From a virus: 64,000 bases of DNA. Positions 19,493 through 28,928 of this stretch are shown piece after piece. Positions within the stretch are counted from its first letter, which is position 1, and each line of letters opens with the position of its first letter. Made by a program: the position numbers and the translations under genes. The notes beneath the pieces are model-generated. The model made no database searches and was not told where the DNA came from. It saw nothing but the letters and a program-made list of their open reading frames with translations. The DNA is taken from the IMG/VR virus record IMGVR_UViG_3300003322_000872, positions 612 to 64,611 of that record, one strand, 5' to 3'.

Positions 19493-20556
19493 AACCCCGC
19501 CTTTGCAAACGCCTCGGACTCACGCTTACGGAGTTCATCCAGCGTGTACTCCGCCCCATTGCGATCGATGAACTTGTCTAGGGTTAGCCCGCCATCCCGA
19601 AAGAGCTTGGCTTTCTCGACTCCCAGAACATCTTCTTGAAATGCTTGATCTTTGCCGCGTAGAAACTTCTCGTATGTTGTTGATGCAGCAACTTGCCCAT
19701 CCATGCTGGCGCGGGTGCCTTCCGGTGCCTCACTAAGATTGATCCCCAATTCTTTCCATGACTTCAACACAGGCGTTGTCGTTGATCGGCAATTAATATG
19801 AGCCGGTGGGCGTGGGCCGCTATCGACTGGGAACGTTTTACCATCGAGGCTAGCGCACAGGATCGTGGTCCGACTATCGAGGGTCGATACCCACTGTATC
19901 TCTTTTACGAGATCACTATTCGCGCCATACAGCTCGTTGCGTGCACTGTTAGCTGTGTGATTGACAGCCGTACGCACAAGCGCTTCCGCCCCCCGGCGCG
20001 ATACCTCCATCACCCCATCCTTGTACTGTAGCGCTTGGGTGCCAGTAATCCGGCGGACCATTTGGTCTATGGTCTGTCCCTCGACCACGCCGGAGCGAAT
20101 AACCGATCGGATGCGATCTTGGGCCGCACCTTCTAGCCCGGTGTACCATTCGGACAATATGCGACCCTGGAAGGGGCGGCTATCTACCGCCGCTTTAAGC
20201 TGGCTCGGAGTCGGTGTGACAATATCAAATTTGATGGGAATATTAGCGTTGAACAAATCAGTCTGGTATGTAACCTCATAATCGGCGAGTGCATAGAGAT
20301 CGGGGGAGAGCTCGTTCCGGACGCGATCGTATGCCTCAGCGTTGATGTCGCGCAAGGCCTGTAGCAATTTGTTAAGCCGCTTGGCTGTCCATGATCCGGC
20401 GTCATAGGTCGGCTTCTTCATCTCCTCGACAAGATCGAGTTCACATCTATTGATGAGGGCGATGATCTTGTTCACTGTGGCTGTGGACAGTCGCTGGATA
20501 CCGATCTGGTGCGATATCTGGGCATCAAGAATAGACTCGTTAACTGTTGCAGCCAT
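19489..20556 (-). CDS. Head morphogenesis protein (SPP1 gp7-like minor capsid)
   Basis: LVRTAVNH...WVSTLDSRTTILCASLDG...PPAHINCRS. Confidence 0.92.
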   Translation of the reverse strand: MAATVNESILDAQISHQIGIQRLSTATVNKIIALINRCELDLVEEMKKPTYDAGSWTAKRLNKLLQALRDINAEAYDRVRNELSPDLYALADYEVTYQTDLFNANIPIKFDIVTPTPSQLKAAVDSRPFQGRILSEWYTGLEGAAQDRIRSVIRSGVVEGQTIDQMVRRITGTQALQYKDGVMEVSRRGAEALVRTAVNHTANSARNELYGANSDLVKEIQWVSTLDSRTTILCASLDGKTFPVDSGPRPPAHINCRSTTTPVLKSWKELGINLSEAPEGTRASMDGQVAASTTYEKFLRGKDQAFQEDVLGVEKAKLFRDGGLTLDKFIDRNGAEYTLDELRKRESEAFAKAGL

Positions 20557-20744
20557 TAATGTACCAACGAGCCTTCATCATAATCGGCGAAGAAACAGTA
20601 GCTCCATTTGCCATCGGGCAGCATAAACACTGTGTAGACGGCATCCTCGATATCTGATACCTCGTCACCATCACTATCACACAGCGATACCATTGGCACC
20701 ACTGTGTCATCGTCCAAGAGCAACAGCCGCTTCGATTTGTTCAA
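20556..20744 (-). CDS. Small acidic hypothetical protein (start uncertain)
   Basis: Fills the gap between portal and gp7-like genes; TTG start assumed. Confidence 0.35.
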   Translation of the reverse strand: MNKSKRLLLLDDDTVVPMVSLCDSDGDEVSDIEDAVYTVFMLPDGKWSYCFFADYDEGSLVH

Positions 20745-20766
20745 AGCGACAACATTAACCAGACCA

Positions 20767-22242
20767 TCACTGCTGGTTTCCGTTCGGATTATTCGGGTCT
20801 GCATTTGGATCAGCCTGTTGCTGTTGCTTATTACCCGGTTGGCCCGGAGTCTGCTTTGGTGCCGGCGGAACTGCACTCAGCGGCGGAGTTTCTTCGCTGA
20901 TCAGGTCCTCTTCCTCCTCGAACGTACGCTCATTTGGGATCATCCCGGCACGCTGGATATTTTCGAACAGGGTCTTCTTCGAGTAAGCACCAGACTGCCA
21001 GCCACTAACCAAGGCGGTGAGCTCCTGGGCCGATAGGCTGTAATCGATAAAGTCCTGTGAGGGCCTTACGTTTATGGTGTCCGGGTTGATCCCTGACCAT
21101 ACTGCTATCTGTCGCAGAGCCTTTTCGATCCCGGCGCATGTATTCTTCGAGATTGTCTTGAGGATCGATTGCTGTGAGCGAAGCCGGAGCTTGCGGCTTT
21201 CGCCGCTTTCCGCCGCTCGGTTTTCTTCCGAGAGGATTTGCGCTCCAAAGAGGACAGCTCGCTCCAGCGAAGACCCGATCGCTTTAGCTTGCGCCTCAAT
21301 ACCGGGTCCAGTAAACTCGAGAAAACCCGCCTGACCGCCCTTCGGCAGTATCCAGATTTTCGAGGCTCCGATTGACCGGGGGACAATGCCATCTTGCACA
21401 GCCTTCGCAACGTTGTCATATCCTGCCACCCATGGTGTTGGCTCCGAGGTCATATGGAGCGAGTGCGTGTAATCGGCATCCATGCGATAGATGCGAGTGG
21501 ATATCTTGGCCAGTCCATATAGTGGCACGTCATCTGGATCAGCCCCAAGATCACCCACGTTGATGAACACGAACGGGATTTCCTTCAAGGCTTGGCGAGA
21601 TGGCGTCCGGGCCTCAGTGGCCTCGGTTACTGGCTGTCCTTCCTCATATCGCTTGGCTGTGTAGATGCCGTCGGCGAGGCTAAGCTCCAAATGGCGCTTC
21701 TTCTCGGACCAGAGATTAGATGATGGATCACGTACCTTACGGCTTTCGTCCAGCACCACATAATTCGTGATCCCATCGTCTGTGTCCCAGTTGATGATTG
21801 CCTCGGCACTGTATCCGGCCATATAGAAGGTGCCGTCAGTCAGGACACCTGGAAGGATACCAAACCGGCCTGTGGTCAGTATCTCTGTAGTAACCTCTTC
21901 ATGGAAGGATTCGAGTGTGCGACCATCCTTGGTGGCCCGCTCAAGGATATAGGACAGCTTGTCTGGTATCTCATAGGTAGCTGGCATAGAATGCACTAGC
22001 CCCCGCGATCCAGTGATGGTCGGTGCGACAAGCTCGGGGAATTCGGCCCGAAGTTGATAAGCTGCATATGCCGCAGCTCGCAGCTCTAGATCATCGATCA
22101 CCATCATACCCGATTTCATGGGCAAGTAGGTCAAGCCACGATCTTTGATCGTTTCCTCCCCAGCAACACAGTCTCGGAGCAAATGCCATGAGTCGACGAA
22201 GCTGTCGTACACTGGATTGTGGCTGTCGATATTGAACGCCAT
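20767..22242 (-). CDS. Portal protein (DUF4055-type)
   Basis: 491 aa; TYLPM...AYQLRAEF...IPFVFIN...AAESGESRKLR; directly after terminase. Confidence 0.9.
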   Translation of the reverse strand: MAFNIDSHNPVYDSFVDSWHLLRDCVAGEETIKDRGLTYLPMKSGMMVIDDLELRAAAYAAYQLRAEFPELVAPTITGSRGLVHSMPATYEIPDKLSYILERATKDGRTLESFHEEVTTEILTTGRFGILPGVLTDGTFYMAGYSAEAIINWDTDDGITNYVVLDESRKVRDPSSNLWSEKKRHLELSLADGIYTAKRYEEGQPVTEATEARTPSRQALKEIPFVFINVGDLGADPDDVPLYGLAKISTRIYRMDADYTHSLHMTSEPTPWVAGYDNVAKAVQDGIVPRSIGASKIWILPKGGQAGFLEFTGPGIEAQAKAIGSSLERAVLFGAQILSEENRAAESGESRKLRLRSQQSILKTISKNTCAGIEKALRQIAVWSGINPDTINVRPSQDFIDYSLSAQELTALVSGWQSGAYSKKTLFENIQRAGMIPNERTFEEEEDLISEETPPLSAVPPAPKQTPGQPGNKQQQQADPNADPNNPNGNQQ

Positions 22243-23621
22243 CAGTAGAGCCCTCTTACTTCGGCCGATGTAGCCACAGCCTCGATATCACCAACCAACA
22301 TGTCTGTGATTGCCCAGACCATGGCATCCAGCCGGTCTGGTGATCCTAGACCCTGATACCCAGCGCGGGTAAGAAGGGTCATCTGATCTTCTAGCTCGGA
22401 AAACGTTCCAAGGTGATGGATACGTCCCTGCTCGTACAAGGCCGACACCGGCTCAGCTCGGATAAACTTTCCTCTAGAGGCGTGAACAACTCGTACCGGC
22501 ACGTTGCTGTTAATCGTTCGGATCGTGTGCTCGACCATAGCGCCACCGAAATTGACCTCTGCGATGATTGCATCTGCTCCCCAGCGGTGATAGGCATCGA
22601 CACACCGCTTCGCCCATTCAGCAGGCCCTTCGCGACAAGTGAGGTCTTCGAGAATATACCCATGATCTCCTGCCTTCCCGGCCACGATTATACCGATGCT
22701 GTCGCCCTCGTCGTCGTCATCCGAAATGCCCGACGGATCGAGCGACACGACAATCTGCTCCATTGGCGGACACTTGTCTATCGTCAGGTACGCCTTCTCG
22801 AGCATCGCCCGAGTCCAAAGCGCTCCTGGCATATCATCAAGGATTTCCGCCTCAAGCTCCTGCCGACCAAGGCGTGTGCCCTCGTATCTCTTGATGATCT
22901 TATTAAGGAAGGTCTTCGCCAGATTGGCCGCATTGTCCATTGTGCGGCCTTTGGTGATATGAACATTCTCGTCTTTTACCAACTCACGAATGAGCGGGAT
23001 GGGGCGGGGGGTTGTCGTTACAACCTGCCTCGGGTACTCTCCCAGGCGCAAGCCGAACTGGAGCATGTCCCAGGTCTCCTGGGCATAGCGCCACTTAGCC
23101 GCTTCATCACACCACGCGAAGTCGTGTTGTGGACCACGTAGCTGGTCCGGCTCTGTCGCATTGTAGGTGTGAGCTACCGCCCCATTCGGGAACGTTACTT
23201 TCCTCTTGGAGGGCTCGTATGTGGGTTTAAAGTCCCTCGGCGCATTAGCAAGGATACCACTGTCCCCCTCGATGAGGACGTCACGCGCGTCGGCGGCGGT
23301 TTCCGCCACAAGAGCGATACGACCCGATCGGCCCGCCCGCGCCTCGGCTAGAATGGTCTCTGCCCCAACGCGGGTTTTGCCAAAACCACGGCCTGCAAGG
23401 ATGAGCCATGTGTGACAAGAGCCTCCGGGCATAACCTCTGGAGGCATCAATTGGTTTGGGCGAGCATTAAAAGCCCAGCTCTCGATTAGGGCAACCTGTT
23501 CCTCGATCGGTGCACGCGACAGCTCCCTGTAGAAGTAATCGCGGTCCTGCCTACTCCGCCGGAGGATTGTCTGCCGTAAGGAGAGATTTGAACCGCTCAA
23601 GGGCTGCACTCTCGTATCCAT
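22242..23621 (-). CDS. terL: Terminase large subunit
   Basis: Walker A LAGRGFGKT; LRGPQHDFAWCDE; TTTP; RuvC-like VSLDPS...D..DAMVWA. Confidence 0.95.
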   Translation of the reverse strand: MDTRVQPLSGSNLSLRQTILRRSRQDRDYFYRELSRAPIEEQVALIESWAFNARPNQLMPPEVMPGGSCHTWLILAGRGFGKTRVGAETILAEARAGRSGRIALVAETAADARDVLIEGDSGILANAPRDFKPTYEPSKRKVTFPNGAVAHTYNATEPDQLRGPQHDFAWCDEAAKWRYAQETWDMLQFGLRLGEYPRQVVTTTPRPIPLIRELVKDENVHITKGRTMDNAANLAKTFLNKIIKRYEGTRLGRQELEAEILDDMPGALWTRAMLEKAYLTIDKCPPMEQIVVSLDPSGISDDDDEGDSIGIIVAGKAGDHGYILEDLTCREGPAEWAKRCVDAYHRWGADAIIAEVNFGGAMVEHTIRTINSNVPVRVVHASRGKFIRAEPVSALYEQGRIHHLGTFSELEDQMTLLTRAGYQGLGSPDRLDAMVWAITDMLVGDIEAVATSAEVRGLY

Positions 23622-24102
23622 GATTTACTTCAGCCTGCACCTTGTCGCCATAGATTTCTCGCTTGTTGCCCTTGAGGAGGAACTCCATGAGCCGATCGCT
23701 GTACACACGGACCTGTAGCGGCTTGGTCGCGTCCCGTGGGTCCATGACAACCCGCCCGTTGGAAACAACCGGCTCCATCACGCCATCGCGGGCTCTGCGG
23801 ATGGCTTCACGCTCGAGCGACTCGATCACGTTCGAACGGGCCTGTTGCCATGCCTTGTTGAATTCGGGATCGTCGTTGAGCCATTCGTTGATATAGACCG
23901 TAGAGATACCCATGGCACCAGCGATCATGATGATGTCGAAGTTGAGCTCGCGCATCTGTACGGCATACGCCTTGTATAGCTCTTTCTTGACATCATCGCG
24001 CAGCTTACCGATGTTGGCTGCCCCCGCTTCATCCTTGTACTGCCGTACAAAGTCATCGAACGGGATCATCTCATCAGTATGCTTTAGTGGAATTTTACCC
24101 AT
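23551..24102 (-). CDS. terS: Terminase small subunit (the ORF extends upstream to 24261; ATG 24102 preferred)
   Basis: LEREAIRRARDG...YSDRLMEFLLKG motif; immediately upstream of terL. Confidence 0.8.
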   Translation of the reverse strand: MGKIPLKHTDEMIPFDDFVRQYKDEAGAANIGKLRDDVKKELYKAYAVQMRELNFDIIMIAGAMGISTVYINEWLNDDPEFNKAWQQARSNVIESLEREAIRRARDGVMEPVVSNGRVVMDPRDATKPLQVRVYSDRLMEFLLKGNKREIYGDKVQAEVNHGYESAALERFKSLLTADNPPAE

Positions 24103-24261
24103 TGCAAGAATCGCGCCGCATTGATCGAATGCATAGAAGATAAATCTCCTGTACCACAAAGTAAAGCTCTTTCTTCTATCACCGGGGGATAGTCTATCCA
24201 CAGAAGTGTCTTTCCAATACGTACGTACGTGCGTAGTAATACTTCGCGTACGTTGAGTCAC

Positions 24262-24600
24262 TCGCCCTCACCCAGTAGTTAACAGAAATATCTACTATTT
24301 ACGGTTTAATATGACTTCTAATACATTGATTGTTTAATGTTATCAATGACTTTATTAGAATATTAGAACTATTACTACTTTTTCCATTTTCAAAAATTGA
24401 ATTGTCTTACGCACGTTACGTATAGGGCGCGCGTACGCGTGAAGACCATCAGTTCTTTGCTAACCCCCGGTGTATACAGGAAAATCAATATATTACTAGG
24501 GGGTATCGCAACTACACACGAAAACAGAAAAATGGCTATTTGGACAAAAATGGAGTGTAAGGAAAAACTTACATAAGACTTGCTTTATGCGATTTTTGTC
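24262..24600. other. AT-rich divergent intergenic region with ACGT/CGCG-rich palindromes (candidate promoter, pac or origin region)
   Basis: AT-rich run ~24285-24405; TACGTACGTACG, GCGCGCGTACGCGT and the TGTAAG-N6-CTTACA inverted repeat. Confidence 0.4.
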
Positions 24601-24777
24601 GATCTGCTCGCGCAAATCAGCTACCGGCAGGTAGTATCAGTGTCTGTGGGATGGTGTCCTCTTGCCAAGGAAATAGTCGCGAGGAAAGTGGTTCTTGGGC
24701 CGAGAATAGGTGGTTTACGAATAGCTTATACAGGCGTAAGGTGTGTGGTTAGCGTCCCCCACACCGAGGCCAAAGCC

Positions 24778-25269
24778 ATGCAGCCAGAGTTTACCCCCTC
24801 CCCGTTCCAACAAGCCATGTCCGCAACCCTAGAGCAACTGCCGGCGCTCGCCCGCCCGATCATACTCCAACAGATGATCCTTCAATACCGGGCTGATCCC
24901 AAATCATACGAGAAAGACCTCCATTGGTCCGACCGCCCTCAGGCCGCAAAATACTTCGAAGAGGCCGAACTGATGGTTGTCGAAATGTGCAAGCTGGCCT
25001 TTGTAATCATCCTTAAATCAGATTTCACACAAATTACCAGAATTTCAAACACTGCACATACAATTACCGAGAGACGAGAATCAATGAAATCACTCGTAGG
25101 ACCAGACTTCACTGACAAGCAACTCGACATGCTTTTCGCCTTTGTCCTTGAATGGTCGAAAGACCCAGAAGGATCGCCGTACACGGCCCGTTACTACCAG
25201 CTCATCAAGGATGGAACTCTTATCATTCTCGATGAGTCCCCCGATATCCCCACAGGAATGGTGCAGTAA
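24778..25269 (+). CDS. Hypothetical protein (ORF track extends it to 24580)
   Basis: Open frame; ATG 24778 (MQPEFTP) preferred. Confidence 0.55.
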   Translation: MQPEFTPSPFQQAMSATLEQLPALARPIILQQMILQYRADPKSYEKDLHWSDRPQAAKYFEEAELMVVEMCKLAFVIILKSDFTQITRISNTAHTITERRESMKSLVGPDFTDKQLDMLFAFVLEWSKDPEGSPYTARYYQLIKDGTLIILDESPDIPTGMVQ

Positions 25270-25315
25270 TAGTCTTTGAATAGGTGCAGTAATAGTCTTT
25301 GAATAGGTGCAGTAA
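25260..25315 (+). repeat. 23-bp direct tandem repeat (2.4 copies)
   Basis: GGTGCAGTAATAGTCTTTGAATA twice plus GGTGCAGTAA, ending at the next ATG. Confidence 0.9.
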
Positions 25316-25696
25316 ATGATCTACAAATACCAGTATGCGTTCCAGATAGACGAGAACGCAGAGCCAATTGCATGGGCAGATGCGACCTCGTATACAGAGC
25401 CCAAGCCTTCTCGCTACATACGCAACATGCGCGTTTTCGACGAGGAAACGACAGAGGCCGTCTACAATCGCAATGTTGAGATCGACAATCTGGGTAAACA
25501 ACTCGACGAAAATGACAAAACGATCAAAGCTCTAGACGAAGAGATTAATCGACTACGAGCCAAGATCATCGATCTCGAGACTATCAACAAACGCCAGCGT
25601 GATCTGCTCGAAGATGTTGATGCCATCTTTAATTGGTCCGCCTTGCGTACTAGGATCATTGAACTAGTAAGGCAGCAGCAGCAGCCAGGAGAATAG
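25316..25696 (+). CDS. Coiled-coil hypothetical protein
   Basis: 126 aa, heptad-rich C-terminal half. Confidence 0.6.
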   Translation: MIYKYQYAFQIDENAEPIAWADATSYTEPKPSRYIRNMRVFDEETTEAVYNRNVEIDNLGKQLDENDKTIKALDEEINRLRAKIIDLETINKRQRDLLEDVDAIFNWSALRTRIIELVRQQQQPGE

Positions 25697-25703
25697 CGTT
25701 ACT

Positions 25704-26351
25704 ATGCACCAGCGTCACCAAGCAGTCTATGATACCCTTACACAGCCAGAATTCGAATACTTAGCCCAGAACCTCGTAAACAAGCGCCTCCTCCCCGGTC
25801 TACCGACCTCGCGCAAGGAGCTAATCGGCTGGCTGTCGCAGTACTCACATGCCGAGGTAGTGTTAAGTCTTGCCAATGATCCTTCCGAAATTGGCATCGA
25901 CATTGTCGAAAAACTCATAGCCAAGCCGATCTATATGTGTGCTCGCGGGGAAACATCGGAGCAGCTTACCGATATCCAGGGCAATCCAATCTTAACCCCG
26001 TTGGGCCACCGCCGGCACGAGCCACCCTATACGTCCGAGGGCCTAACGATCAAGATCAAGAACCATATCAAGGGAGTGCAGCGGCGGATCGATACCCGTA
26101 TCGTGACTAAGGTCATCCCCAATCCCAAAAGGCCGGGTAGCGCAGCATACGCGCGCTTTAACGAGTATGTGGTGGGCAAATCGGTGGCATGGCACTTGGG
26201 CAACACCAATCTTATCCGCCCAGATATCAACTGGGACTCTAAGCATGACTTCATAACGCTGGAGTCGGCCGTGCATATGTCACAGGATCGCCGCGACGCT
26301 TTTGGGCTGGTCGATCACACTGGTCGATATGGGCCGCACAATGGCAATTGA
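25704..26351 (+). CDS. Hypothetical protein with the 'PKRxGS...DxxWD' domain (paralogue 1)
   Basis: NPKRPGSAAYARFNEY...DINWDSKHDFITL. Confidence 0.7.
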   Translation: MHQRHQAVYDTLTQPEFEYLAQNLVNKRLLPGLPTSRKELIGWLSQYSHAEVVLSLANDPSEIGIDIVEKLIAKPIYMCARGETSEQLTDIQGNPILTPLGHRRHEPPYTSEGLTIKIKNHIKGVQRRIDTRIVTKVIPNPKRPGSAAYARFNEYVVGKSVAWHLGNTNLIRPDINWDSKHDFITLESAVHMSQDRRDAFGLVDHTGRYGPHNGN

Positions 26352-26509
26352 CGATCTGTCTCTATAAGACAGATTGCCAATCACCAGTGCTTTCGCCATT
26401 GTGTAAGTACAGCAGCAAGGATAGCCACCGACTCCGTTCTATGCTATCTTCAATCAACTAAAAGAGGATACGAGTATTGGTTATCCTCTTTCAAGAAAGA
26501 GAATAACTG

Positions 26510-26917
26510 ATGTTCGACAATCAAACCGAAACAGAACTTACCGAAATCGGATGGTCGCTGGCCAACGTCGGCTACACAGGCCGCACATGCGATGAGATCA
26601 TGGCGGCGATACGCTTCCGCCTCGATCATGAGCTCGCAGCCAATCCCGATCTCGACATCACAAATACTGCCCGCGCCTTTATGCTTGGCACACTAGCAAC
26701 TCTAGCGAATGATCCCTTACTAGGGCCGACGCGCGCGGTCGCATCCTTGACAAACGTGGACACACCGCTAAGCGTCCCAACCGGTAAGCTTCCCCCCGTT
26801 CCAGTTATAAATCGCCATCGACGCACAATGACAGAAGCTGATCGAGCGCGGATGCTAGCGGCAGAAGTCAAACGAGCACGCAAGGCCGCCAAATGGCGGG
26901 AACGGGGGGCTCTGTGA
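26510..26917 (+). CDS. Hypothetical protein
   Basis: 135 aa, SD-like GAGAA upstream. Confidence 0.6.
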   Translation: MFDNQTETELTEIGWSLANVGYTGRTCDEIMAAIRFRLDHELAANPDLDITNTARAFMLGTLATLANDPLLGPTRAVASLTNVDTPLSVPTGKLPPVPVINRHRRTMTEADRARMLAAEVKRARKAAKWRERGAL

Positions 26918-27063
26918 GGCAATCCACCCTCTCTTCCGTTGCGATATCGTTCATCATAATTGCCGTTCTCCACCTCATGCATTGGGTGGGGTTTGTAGCT
27001 GATGTTGATCGAAGCATCATGGTCGCCATCCTGTTCTTTGCTGTATTGGGAGCCAACAGATGA
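26914..27063 (+). CDS. Small two-TM membrane protein
   Basis: 49 aa, GTGA/ATGA overlaps with both neighbours; two hydrophobic stretches. Confidence 0.55.
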   Translation: MRQSTLSSVAISFIIIAVLHLMHWVGFVADVDRSIMVAILFFAVLGANR

Positions 27064-27248
27064 CAAAGTTCAAAGACCTGGATAAGGACCAACGTGAGCG
27101 TTTAACATGCCACAATTGTATCTATAGGTCTGATGACGCCTACGCTGCAGTGTGCCGTCGGTTCCCTCCCATCTGGACTAATGTCGGAGCACGCTATCCA
27201 ACATTAGAGAGGAACGTTTGCGGCGAATATGAGGATGAGCAATCATGA
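27060..27248 (+). CDS. Small Cys-rich protein
   Basis: CHNCIY...CRRFPP...CGEY. Confidence 0.65.
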   Translation: MTKFKDLDKDQRERLTCHNCIYRSDDAYAAVCRRFPPIWTNVGARYPTLERNVCGEYEDEQS

Positions 27249-27637
27249 CCGTCTATGTTGACAATGCCATGATCCCCTTCGGCCGGATGCTGATGTGTCA
27301 TATGTGGGCGGACTCAGACGTCGAACTTCTGGCTATGGCTCAGAAGATAGGCGTCGCGTCAAAATGGATACAGGGCCACCCCACCCTATCCATTGGCAAG
27401 CACCGCAAAGCCTCTTGGGTGCACTTCGATGTGTGCAAGGATAAGCAGAAAAAGGCGATCCACTACGGGGCCAAGTTGACGGACGTGTTTGGACCAGTCG
27501 AGCACACCGCTAAGTTGATGCTGGCCAAAGGAAAGATCGAGGGTAACCAGCTCTTGATTGACAATGCGAAAGAGCAGTTGAGGCGAGTAACAGATGCTCG
27601 TGCTCGAAGACAAACACAAGGAGAATTACAGCTATGA
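27245..27637 (+). CDS. DUF4031-family protein
   Basis: TVYVD...GRMLMCHMWADS..EL...KIG...WIQ...HFDV. Confidence 0.85.
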   Translation: MTVYVDNAMIPFGRMLMCHMWADSDVELLAMAQKIGVASKWIQGHPTLSIGKHRKASWVHFDVCKDKQKKAIHYGAKLTDVFGPVEHTAKLMLAKGKIEGNQLLIDNAKEQLRRVTDARARRQTQGELQL

Positions 27638-28080
27638 AATCGTATCGGCAACTCGACATCAACGACGGCTCCCAGCCGGATAAAGCCTCCTGGTCTATCG
27701 CTTATCTGATCGACGCACCGTGGGCGCACCCGATCTGGAGCCAATATATTCTTCTCGGCTATCCATTGGATGCGCCGAAGGTTATCCGCTATCGGGACGA
27801 CGTCAACCACGAGGTCATGCTATTCGCCCTCGATCCGGAGTATCCGGTAAAGCCGGAACAGCTTCGCGATCAAAAGATCAGCCTCCTGCAACCGGCCAAC
27901 TGCGGGTATCAGCTCAATATTCAAAAGGATGATTTCATCATTCTTTTGGATAGGATTATAGAAGACATCGACGCACGGCGGCTATCTCCCGATACTGACT
28001 TCCGATTCATGTGGAATGACATCTTTGTCAGGGAGCATGGTGGCGTGTCATTGCTGAAGAGTGCCTTCGATGCAAAATGA
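27634..28080 (+). CDS. Hypothetical protein
   Basis: 148 aa, translationally coupled; HPIWSQY and LSPDTDFR motifs. Confidence 0.6.
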   Translation: MKSYRQLDINDGSQPDKASWSIAYLIDAPWAHPIWSQYILLGYPLDAPKVIRYRDDVNHEVMLFALDPEYPVKPEQLRDQKISLLQPANCGYQLNIQKDDFIILLDRIIEDIDARRLSPDTDFRFMWNDIFVREHGGVSLLKSAFDAK

Positions 28081-28279
28081 AATCGCACGATTCCACGCCC
28101 TTGAGCGCACCTCGCCCAAAGGCGAGCGCTTCATCGGCACATGCTGGCAGTGTGGCCGATCAGGTCTTACGCTGGATGACACATTCAGCCGTTGCGAAAA
28201 CATCGCACAACTGACAGAGGGGGAGTCCCTCATCATGGCGATCAAGGGACCAGACAAGGAGAACGACAATGAAAAATAA
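28061..28279 (+). CDS. Hypothetical protein (Cys pairs)
   Basis: LERTSPKGERFIGTCWQCG. Confidence 0.55.
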   Translation: MPSMQNEIARFHALERTSPKGERFIGTCWQCGRSGLTLDDTFSRCENIAQLTEGESLIMAIKGPDKENDNEK

Positions 28280-28445
28280 CCAACCCGAAGTAGTCATGGT
28301 CGCTCGCGATTCTACCGTACAACAGCTCGTGGACGACTACGCCTCCGGCAAATTAAGCTATAGCCAACTCGAGGCTGAGTTCTTAAAGCGCGGCTGGTCT
28401 ACATTATCGTTGTACGAGAACGTGAGGCATCTGCGCCATGACTGA
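28269..28445 (+). CDS. Small hypothetical protein
   Basis: 58-aa open frame filling the gap and overlapping both neighbours. Confidence 0.45.
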   Translation: MKNNQPEVVMVARDSTVQQLVDDYASGKLSYSQLEAEFLKRGWSTLSLYENVRHLRHD

Positions 28446-28746
28446 CCATTTCAACGGCCTCACACCCAAGGACGCCGAGCTATTAGCCATGCTCTCTGAA
28501 GAAGCGGCCGAGATCATACAGATCAAGGAAAAGATCATGCGGCATGGTTTTGATAGTCATCATCCAGCAAAGAGATACGGTCCAAATAACCGAATAGAGC
28601 TATCAAGGGAAATTGGTGATCTCCTCGGAGTATATGATCGGCTTGTAATGTTGGGGATTATTGATCCGCATGAAGTCGACATATATCGAGCCTCTAAGAT
28701 GGATCGCGCCAAGCCCTATCTACACCATCAAGACGATCCGGGGTAG
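28438..28746 (+). CDS. MazG-like nucleotide pyrophosphohydrolase-fold protein
   Basis: EEAAEIIQ..EK..RHG...REIGDLL acidic helical motif. Confidence 0.65.
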   Translation: MTDHFNGLTPKDAELLAMLSEEAAEIIQIKEKIMRHGFDSHHPAKRYGPNNRIELSREIGDLLGVYDRLVMLGIIDPHEVDIYRASKMDRAKPYLHHQDDPG

Positions 28747-28826
28747 TAGCTCAATGGTAGAGCACTTGCGTGTAGTGGCCACCCTGGACGCAAGGGTTGG
28801 AGGTTCGATTCCTCCCTATTCCACCA
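28740..28826 (+). tRNA. Atypical tRNA-like gene with a 20-nt anticodon loop; G3:U70 and A73 (Ala-type acceptor)
   Basis: Acceptor GGGGTAG/CTATTCC+ACCA; D arm GCTC-AATGGTA-GAGC; stem CTTGC/GCAAG; T arm GGAGG-TTCGATT-CCTCC. Confidence 0.8.
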
Positions 28827-28928
28827 ATAAAGGATCAACTAAATGCGCACCGCCACGCGTCACCTCATGGGCTGGGCAATTGTTATCACAGTTGTCGTAG
28901 CTCTCATCTTTCTATTCGGAGTCTAACC

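Noticed and set aside
24580-24777. N-terminal extensions of track ORFs (also 24103-24261, 53657-53884, 54513-54578, 60396-60437)
   Set aside because: Downstream starts have better RBS or coupling, and the extensions overlap other genes or regulatory DNA.
25260-25315. CRISPR mini-array
   Set aside because: The repeats are directly adjacent with no spacers, and no cas genes are present. The 17463-17598 repeats are too short and irregularly spaced.
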